Of a stretch of DNA of 64,000 bases, positions 53,976 to 64,000 are shown piece by piece; the stretch's first letter is position 1; each line of letters starts with the position of its first letter. The position numbers and the translations under genes were made by a program. Below the pieces are notes generated by a model that saw only the letters and a list, made by a program, of their open reading frames with translations, was not told where the DNA came from and did no database searches. The stretch covers positions 55,443,251 to 55,507,250 of the forward strand of contig NC_068989.1 in NCBI RefSeq assembly GCF_001194135.2, in the 5' to 3' direction. The stretch comes from Octopus bimaculoides (Eukaryota).

Positions 53976-55109
53976 ATACATAGGTCTACACATACATGTA
54001 CAGATACAAGATCAACATTCACTGCTGGAAGCCTTGCATAGCTAACTATACTGCTGATGATGTGTCTTCTTTCATCCATCATGTCTCTGAAGATGACCAA
54101 ATTACCAGCTTTACTCCTTCTGAGTCCTGAAGTGACTTATTAGATCAATATAAGCATAAAATCTATGGTTACAGTAGGGGGCACATTTTAACAGAATAAG
54201 GACCCAGTGCGATTCTTGTTTTCTGTGTAGCCCTCCTGTCTTTAGTTTCTCCGGTACTGCTAATATTTAGTTTAATGAGCTCAGGATAATCATAATCAGA
54301 CCAAGTGGAACATAAAAAAAGTAAGGTAACAAAGTTTTCACAACAAATCATTCAATCCTGCAATACTATCTCCAACCATATTTTATAAACAAATGAGAAA
54401 GTATAAAAAATATATTATTTCAGTATAAGGAGTTAATAGTACAATAAGAGAATACTGGCTGGAATCAAGATCAAGGTCAGCAACAAGTCTATTAATCTCT
54501 TAAGATCTAAGGAAATTCCAAAAGTTTAGAAGAGATAAGTTGATACAACAGATTTGACCAAGGCATCAAATATCCAAATGTATTGAAACAATGTAGTAGA
54601 TGAAGGTATTAAGAAATATAAAGAGTAGATGCATATTAAACGAAGTTATAAATGAAGGAAATTAAAATATTTCTCAATGCCATACAGGATGTGAATTAAC
54701 TGAAACTTCACAATAATTGGTGTGAAATTACTCAATGGTATCACAGCAAATATATAACAGGTATGATGTGTCATTATAATGCTTACAGCTGTTAGGTGTC
54801 TCATATGTGGTCTGCTCACTAACATATGACAATAAGCAGAAGCATCTAATAAGGCACAGTGTTATTACACACTCACACAGCAATATCACTAGTGGTGGTA
54901 GCATGAAAAAGAAAAAGACACTCAATACACTCTGTAAATTGGTTGTCATGGTTTCTACATCCAGGTGTCCTTCCTAACTGAAGGGCAGCCAGCTGTAGAA
55001 ACCATGCCAAAGATGACATTCGAGGCTGATGCAGTCCTGAAGCTCACCAATTCCCTGTCAAACCATTCTATCCCAGCCAGCATGGAAAGTGGATGTTTTC
55101 TTTTACTTG

Positions 55110-55292
55110 CTTCAGTCAACTATGACCATACTGGAGCAGCACTTTGAAGAATTTTTAGTCAAACAAATCAACCCCAGCACTTATTTTTTAAGCCTGATAC
55201 TTATTCTATCAGTCTCTTTTGCCAAACCTTTAATTTACGAGGATATAAACAGACCAAGACCGATTGTCAGGTGGTGTGAGGGACAAACGCAG

Positions 55293-55365
<73 letters not shown>

Positions 55366-55520
55366 CACAATAGGCCAATAGGCTTCTTTCAGTTTCCATC
55401 TACCAAATCCACTAACAAGACTTTGGTCAGTTCGGGGTTTTAGCAAAAGATACTTGCCCAAGATGCCACACAGTGTACCATGTGGTTGGGAAGCAAACTT
55501 TCACAGCCATGCCTGCACCT
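55110..55520 (-). mobile_element. Full bipartite SINE with expanded internal (CA)n(TA)n
   Basis: Same architecture as 3590-3940. Confidence 0.72.
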
Positions 55521-57099
55521 ATATACACACACACATGCAAGCTAGAAACATTTATACCCCTTAATATATTTGGTTATAACCCTTTACATTCTGAATTAAA
55601 GCTCCACCATGGTCCACTTTGTTTTATATCCTTCCAAGGCTGATGAAATAAGTACTAGGATTAATGTTATTGACTACAGAGTCAACAACGTTAATCATAT
55701 ACTCGAAAATGGAGACACAGTATGTCTACTGTCTAATGACTAAACATCTGTGTATGTGTGGGCATGTACCTCCGCCTTTAAGTAGGTGTATGTATGAAGC
55801 ATAAACATAGGAAAAATTCCATTGATGACTGTCAAAGAAACTTTAAAAGCAGTTTCATTTTGTAAAGAAAAACATGAAAATCAAAACATTCATTTTGAAA
55901 ACTGTGACACAGTACTATCTGTAGAATGTAGGACTGTGTCTGCTTTGAAATCAATAAATTATATCCACAAATCAAAACCTTGAACGATGATCAAAAAAAA
56001 TAACACCATGTTTGAAAAGATGATAGTGAAAAGATGAAGAAACAAACCAGAGCAAAGTTATAAGCTAGTGGAGAAGAGTGAGAGAGGAAAGTACTGACAT
56101 ATAGAACTGCAAGTTGATAACATAAGAAGTTATAAGGATGAGACATATAACAACTAATTTTGAATGAAATTCGGCCTCTGTTTTGTGAGACAAGAAGATA
56201 GAATATAACAGAGGATCAAAGACTGAAAGTTTTCAGTAAGATATCGGTCTTCTGAATTCAGTCTAAAATGTTAATACTACAGTGAAGATGCATGTCTCTG
56301 GTTTAGAGTAGCATCAGGCTTACAATCATGAAGGTGTGTCTGACTTCCAGACCAGGCTCTGTGTTGTGTTCTTGAGCAAGACACTTTATTTCACGTTGCT
56401 CCAGTTCACTCAGGTATAGAAATGGGTTGTGACATCACTGGTCAGATGCCCATTTTTGTTGCCAAGCTTCACCTGTTTCCAACCAAGGTAATATTTCCCC
56501 ATGGCTAGACAAGTGTTCATAGAAGACTGGAAACAAGGGACACTACTTGCATAATAGCAATGTCAAGGCAAGGAAACATAAATGCACACACACACACACA
56601 TGAGGCTACTTTCAGTTTCCATCAACCAAATCCACTCACAAGGCTTTGGTCAGCTTCTGACACTTGCCAAAGGTGACATGCAGTGGGGTTGAACCAGAAA
56701 CCATGAAGTTACAAAGCAAACTTCTTCACCACACAGCCATACAATGGTCTAGAAAAAGGTAGCCAGTGCAGTGGTAAAAAATACTTTTTAACAAAATCAA
56801 ACCACATATGTAATATTTTGTGAAAGACTCTTTTGATATCATTATATATAAAAACAAGACATTCACTTGTCTGATTTCTGTATACTATTTAAGACTTCGT
56901 CACAACGGCCTTGTAATAATGAAGACCGTAGGGCTAAAAAGGTGTTGTACAAGACCAGTCGTTTCTATAAAACACAAACTATATCATCTTTTCCTGAAAG
57001 GTACAATCTGAAGAAAATACTGACTTCAATCAAAGTTATATTATTATGCATCTCTTTGCCACACTGGACACAGATATCCTTCCAATATCTAAGACAGCA

Positions 57100-57310
57100 A
57101 GCTGGCAGAATGGTTAGTATGTTGGACAAAATGATTAGGAGCATTTCCTCTGTCTTTACATTCTGAGTTCAAATTTTGCCAAGGCCAACTTTGCCTTTCA
57201 TCCTTTCAGGGTCGATAAAATAAGTATCAATCGAGTACTGGGACTGATGTAATCAACAACCCACCTCTCCTGATATTGCTGGCCTTCTATCAAAATTTAG
57301 AACCAATATC
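57100..57310 (+). mobile_element. Copy of the 53739 SINE family
   Basis: gctggcagaat...ctgagttcaaattttgccaaggccaactttgcctttcatcctttcagggtcgataaaataag. Confidence 0.8.
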
Positions 57311-57370
57311 AACAAGCACAATAATCATTAATTTGACCTCAGTTCACCACTCAAGTGATGTCTTCATATA

Positions 57371-57418
<48 letters not shown>

Positions 57419-60400
57419 CACATACACTTTGAAACGTTTCTATGTGATACTCATAAGTAAACTACATATATTCAATGAAGTGCTGTTGATTCCCTCCAAA
57501 AGCTCAATAATGAACATTATATCAACCCTTCCTAAATTGAGCTGCAGTCCATTGCAACTCATTCACAGCTATTTAATAATAACTTTAAACAAGTTCAAAA
57601 GAAACATTAGCTACTCTAAATATTGTTTTACAAGAGGATGGCATCTCAGAGTAATTAACCACAGCATGGTTTCTTTCCTCTCTCTATATCTCCTGCTGTC
57701 TGAGAGGCCTTGCAAAGTTCTTGGATGCTGCCTTTTCCCACTTTAACTAAACCATCAGTAACAAAGAGCAATAAAGATAGGTTAGTCATAAAAACCACAT
57801 AGGCAAAAATCAAAGTGAAAACAGAGACCTATCCATATAACTGATAATCAGTGACATCAGTTTTATTACAGAATATTCACAATAATTAATTATATGACTA
57901 AATGTCTAAGATGATTTGTTACTAAGGTTATAATTTTCTAGTCTATCAACCTCATCTTTGGAATATATATATGCAATCGTGATATTTACATCTACACTAA
58001 ATTTTAATAACTTTGATTTCCAATTGTACTTGGTTTGGAGACCAGTTTCAGTGACAAAAAGGGATCAAACAGATTGAAACAGTGTAAGTCTAAAAATTAT
58101 AGTAAATGTACACTTATTGTTAAGTATTGTAAATATTCACTTTAAAGATAAGGTTAATAGTGAGAAAGATTATAATCTTATTTCAATATCAATCAGAGAG
58201 TGTCTTATTCCTCAACATTAGAACACTTTTTAAAAAATAGCTTTCATGTTTTGAAAACTTGATTAAGATAAGATGGACAACACAAGTTGTAGTTTAATGA
58301 CTTAGTATATATCACAGTCAACAGAGTATGAAGTGATATTATTATGCAAATATGCATGTAAAGACTTTAAAAATTATTTTGGTTAAACAACACACACACA
58401 CAAACAAAATATATTTGATGGTTTACTGGACAATGCTCAGAGAGAATGTAAAATTAACCTTTATTCTTTTTCCTTTAAACAAACACTAAATTCTGCATGT
58501 CAAAAATTTTTATGAGGGACATGTCTACACCTGAAAGAGACAGATAAACAGACAGACTGACTGACAGAGAAGGGGAGAAAGGGAGAGAGAGGGAATATGA
58601 CTCAATTCTATTGATTTGGGGGAATATTCTAAATGAGAAGAAAAATTCTAAGTGTCAAGTCACTTAGGTCACTCACTGGTCATGTATTCTCCTTAACTTG
58701 GAATTCACTTAAGTCTTCCTAAGTATTCCCAGAAAGACAAAAACTGTTTACATATACAAGACAGATGACTTTTAGCAGTATGCTGTTGAGTCATGAATTG
58801 AAGGAACCAAAGCCAGACAAACAATTGGCTCCATGACAGAACAAACTCTGTAGAATCTGACGTGTTCTTTGCTGATTTATACTGAAATTCTCAAATGAAA
58901 GCCAAAATTTTATTTTGGAAAATAAATACTATTGGTGGTATTGTTATCATGTTTCAATTAAAATTTAAAAATAAAACTCCATTAAGCAACAGGCAGTTGA
59001 TATCAACTATTCAGACTAGATACTTGACCATTTTTGTCAAAGTGGAAAAATCTTTAAGAATAAGCCAAAATAAACTAAAATAACCAGTTGTATGGAGGTG
59101 GTTGGCAGTGAAGACACTTCAGTTATACTATGTACTATATGCAATCTGAAATCATTAACTTAAAATATATTGCTCTTTATAAAAGTATCTGCTCAGACAA
59201 GGAAATAGAAAAAAAACTGACCAATTAATTATGTTCTATCCATTTTCCTAAATTCAAAAATGTTTTCCAGACTACAAAAACAAAACAACAATAATAATAA
59301 TAATATACAAAAAATTAAAAAGTCTGTATCAGTATAAGTATTTCTTGAAAGACTAACTACTTTCTTAAACATAAAGGTTAAATAGTGGAAGAGACTGACA
59401 TTACATTCATATGTTTTTGATGTGAAATACTACAACCAGCAGGAAATCAAAACCAGGTTTAAGTAGTCAACAAAGCAACATTACAGCACAGCACACAATA
59501 ACAATATGCTACACACTTGTACTCACAAACATATATCCAGTATTATATTATTCTCTAATATGTGCAATATACATATATGTAAAACAACAGCAATAATAAT
59601 ACTTTTAGTTTTTAGTACAAAAATGCTTATTAAAAACAAAAAAACTAAATCAATTAATGTACTGTTTCTCTAAAGTGCAAAACTAACTATTTTATGTTTC
59701 CATGGCAGTGGTATTGAGGAAGAAAACAATGCCAATGAGATCGGCTTTCCATGACCGCTTGATGTGCAAGAAACAACTGTCAAGCCTCCCTTAAATCACA
59801 CCCTACCATCAGTTTAGTGGTACATTATTGTAAACCAATGAGTACAATTTTTCCAGAATAAATCATATTATGAAATTAGTAAATTTAATATAGAAATAAC
59901 TGAATTTGTTTATTAACCCCTCCCCCCACCACCACCACCACCGAAAAACAGAGAGATTGGCTAGAACCTTCCTCAGCCTTACTCTTTTTCTATCACTCTT
60001 TCATTGCGTGTGTGCTTGCACTTTCTCTCTCTTTCTCTCTCTCTCTTATACAGTAGTTGGTGAACAAGTCGAGACAATTTAGAGCCAAGAGGACTCTTTT
60101 TAACCTTTCTGAGGGCAAGAGAACCTCACTAATGTTGATACCATGATAAAATGCATCCAGTATGCTTGGTAAAGTGGTTGGTGTTAGGAAGGGAAGCTGG
60201 CCACAAAACTACACCAAAATAAAATGTACAAGTGTGACATGGTCCTCCAGCCTATTTACAAGGACAGTAACTCTGAATGAGACTTGGTTTGGACATTAAC
60301 AACTTGCCCAATACATACCAGTATGGAAACCAGAAATAATATGATGATGATGACTCTTAAGTGTTCGAGAGGCATTATCTTTGAAAAGATGGTGGTTGTG

Positions 60401-60713
60401 GTGATGATGATGATGGTGAGGATGAAGAGAATGATAGTGATGATGATGAGGACGATGATTAGTACCAGTCAGTACTTCAGCTCTGTTTGACTGAACCTAA
60501 TACTAGTTTCAAGAGTGTGAGGTTTAGCTGCTGCAATGAACAGGTGGACCAGTTACTTTATATATACTCTGCTTGCTCACCCTAAAAGCATGATATTCTA
60601 AAAGAGCCCCACGGTATGGTAAGTTTGGCACAACCAAGTGTGATAAAGAAGAACAGCTCAAAGACACTGGGTGAACTTAGCAGGTCCCACAGATACATCT
60701 ACTTTTGTTAGAT

Positions 60714-60898
60714 CAGTGCTCTGCAACCTTTTTTTACTTGGGGTACACTTACATTCTTTTAAAAGTTTAGCGACACAGCTGAACTAAAAATATAACTAAA
60801 AGTATAGGGAGAAAATTATATTCAGATTACACTGCAGCACGCCTAGCATCGTCTCATGGCACACTAGTGTGCCACGGCATACTGGTTGCAGAGCACTG
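60714..60898. mobile_element. hAT-type MITE
   Basis: Perfect 15-bp TIRs cagtgctctgcaacc / ggttgcagagcactg; 8-bp TSD tgttagat / tgatagat (7/8); subterminal palindrome ggcacactagtgtgcc. Confidence 0.85.
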
Positions 60899-63800
60899 TG
60901 ATAGATCAGGTGCCAGAACAAACTTGATTGTGATAGAGCAGGTATCTGTCTTGGCCAAGTACTGTATAGGAGTGCCTACAGTTACATGCCAATGGGATAA
61001 GGCAGAGCTACACATCAAGGAAAGCCAGTGTAACACACCTACAGCTGCAGGTGTTTCAGGTAAAATTTACAGGTAAAAGTAGCTCATTTTGATACCTACA
61101 TTTGTGGTAGCGTTAATTTCACTAATATGCAAGACTTCCTAAAGAAAGTTGAAATGTCATCTTGTTTCAACGTAAATCACTTTGTCTAACAATAGCAGAC
61201 AAGTATCTTTCTCAAATAAAGATACCTCTATTAGCTTATGAGGTGGCCTGTCTTTCCCAAGCTCAAACCAAACATCCCTACCAACTTATCGACTGGTCCA
61301 TCCAGCTCAACCTCTAATCAAACACAGTCTGGATAAGCAAAACAATAAAATCAGATCTAAACTAAACCCAGGATACTGAGGATAATGATGGTGACTTAGT
61401 GTACAATAACAGACAATAATTTAAAGAAAGAACAGCCATAGTCAATTTAGATTTTCAGCCTATTAAGTTGTCTTTTTTTAAAAAATAAATGTAGAACTGG
61501 GGAATCACTATTAAATATCCAGTTGTTATTCCTAATACAAACTTGTACTTGTTAAGCTGCTTGGAGATTATTCAACAAAAAACACCAACATCTGCAATCA
61601 AGAGTTAAGTATAAACAGAAATATAAGAAACTATCACAGAGGAATCTTTCATAGATTCATATTAACAAGATTATATTAACAAGGAATCACTGAGCTGCAG
61701 ATGTAAAAAGAGCAGTTAGCAGTCAGAGAACCAATAAAATAAATTTTTTGCAATACTCAGGAAGATCTATAGTAGTTGATAGCTTCTGTTACCTAGGTGA
61801 CCTAATCAACAGTAGATAAGAGTGTTTGGAAAGCATAGTAGCCTGACTGAGAATACAGAGGGAAAATTCAGGTAGCTTATTACCACTGCTGGCTAGAAGA
61901 GGATTCTTTTGAGTCAAGAGTGGATTGTACAGTGCTTGTGCACAAACTGTTTGGCTGTAAGGTAGCACTGAATGCAAAGCATGCGTTGGTTGGAGGGAAA
62001 TGAAGCATGAACCACTGGATGTGTAATGCTAGCGGACATGAACAATGAGGCGCATATTAGTTGAGAGAAGAAAGTTAGGTACAAGAGGAATCAGATAGGT
62101 AAAGAAGTGCCAGAAGATTCATGTAGAAGGAACAAGTGGAAGAGCTGGACAGGAAATAATGAAAGCTGCTTTCAGGAGGCTAAACTTCATGAAAATGATA
62201 AAGGAATGCAACAAGTGATGGATGCCGTGTTGAAGAAAACCCCTCCAACCATGCAAACATAGAAAAACAGACGTAAATTGATGATGATGATGATGAAGAA
62301 AACACAATCTGTGTACTTATGAGAATTGCAGCTAGCTAAACCAAAGTTGATGCCACCTACCTTCTATTACGAGTCAATGGTTCATATGTCACCACTGGGG
62401 TAGCAATGTGTCTTAGCAAAGACATTTAACTCTCAACATGTTATCCTATCTAACTACATTATAGGAAGGTTGTAAACATCAAGGTAACTAAGTACTTGTC
62501 AATTTATATGCTGACTTGCAAGCAGTACAAAGCATAAATCTTTCGATGAGCCAGATGGAAACAACACTGAAATTTCATTATATAAAGACGAAGGAGTGTT
62601 ACCAAATATTATAAATCTCGCTTTGTTTAGTATGGGGCCCATCGATGAACGTTTTCTTCCCAACCCAGTTTGTAGATAGCGGGTTATACTGCGAGATTTC
62701 CAAAAGGAAAATGTCACGTTCAAAATATCGAGGGTAAAGCTGAGTAGCTAACGTATCAAAAATAAAGGCGCATCAGTAAAGCTGTGGTTATATCGTGTTA
62801 ATTATTTTATTATTATTATTGAAGGACAAATTAAAAGTTCGGTAAAATGAATTAAGGGAACAGAGATTTATTCAGTTGACTGAGTCCAAAATGACATTAC
62901 ACCATTCAAAGAATTAAGAAAGAATGTTAATGTAATTAATTCATTAGCAAAGAGGTGAAAAATCCTTTCACTATTGTCTTAGCAAAAAGCCTAATGAGAA
63001 ATGTTACATTATGAGACAGAAGCTTAACTATCATCAATATAGTAAACAAAAGATGAGAAACGTAATGGTCTTTGTATATATCAACAATGTGCAATGTAAA
63101 AAACATTAGCTGATTATGATCTGACAGCAGCATATTTAGACGAGTTTGCAGAATTTATTGATGATACCAAAGTTAACTGGAGCAAGTGTATCATATTGAC
63201 AAGGCTGTTCAATCAATACTAGAAGTATAATCGAAGCACAAATTCTAGGTGTTACGAATTAAGAATCGACAACAGAGACTTAAAATGTTGAAGAGAAATG
63301 GTAAAAAGCAGTAGGTCGCAATGTCAACACAGCGGGGTTAAACGAAACTAATTATCTTGCTGTCGGTAAAATTCAAATATAAGATATTTTCATAGGAAAA
63401 GGCAAATAAATATGGAATCTCAGACCAATTTTCTCTAATTGGATGGAGAACTACTTTAAAGCAGAAATCAATGCTACCTCTTTAGGTATATAGAGATAAT
63501 TGTGTAATATATACTCTGTTGTACAGCTTTGTATCATGTTTATGCATTCTTGTTTAGGTCATTGTTGTCAACAAACGAGAAATGCGTGTATACATTGCCT
63601 AGAGAATTTTAAGAAAGTTGTTGAAGCAACGATACATTTCAATATAATTCTATCTTTGATATAATGTAGATTGCAGTAAAGGACACAAACGAAGTTGATG
63701 AAAGAAAAAGAAAAAATATATATATATTTGTTCCTAACGATACAAAACGCTGTTAGATGAAGATTCAATGGAAAATCGTTAAATGAAGAAGTAGTGTGGT

Positions 63801-64000
63801 GACTATCTGACGGTATCAAAAAGAATACTAAAAAAAAAAACATCATAGCTGACAGAATGGGAGAAGTAAGAGAAAAATTAATGGAATAAGATCAGAAAAG
63901 ACTGAACTTTGACACAAAAATCAACGTTTAAATTCCAGAATTGTTTATAAAAGTTGGCTAATATAATATATATATACGTATATATATATATATATATATA

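Noticed and set aside
62499-62723. 74-aa minus-strand ORF in the CpG-rich zone
   Set aside because: No recognisable domain or splice sites.

Overview
Eukaryotic, AT-rich, microsatellite- and SINE-dense genomic DNA with four N-gaps. It is most consistent with an Octopus (coleoid cephalopod) draft assembly; this is inferred from repeat families I recall, not from a database search. The window lies almost entirely inside one minus-strand gene. A 166-bp exon at 506-671, absent from the ORF track, encodes the PAI half of a paired domain ([56 protein letters not shown]), most like the lophotrochozoan Pax-beta class. It is phase-compatible with a 210-codon low-complexity exon at 33161-33791 across a ~32.5-kb intron. 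The RED-subdomain exon must lie left of the window. That intron holds several candidate phase-1 alternative last exons (31788, 8010, 5880), a symmetric 48-nt cassette and a 22-nt phase 1-to-2 microexon, and a candidate PAI-only terminal exon follows the paired exon. Together these suggest splicing or polyadenylation switches the DNA-binding domain on, off or to half; this is predicted and needs RNA evidence. The rest is intronic: tRNA-derived SINEs, decayed RTE and I/Jockey-type LINEs, a Tigger/pogo transposase remnant, piggyBac-like and hAT MITEs, a Penelope-type inverted repeat with two hammerhead-ribozyme cores, a 34-bp minisatellite, and a sharp loss of CpG depletion beyond ~62.5 kb.
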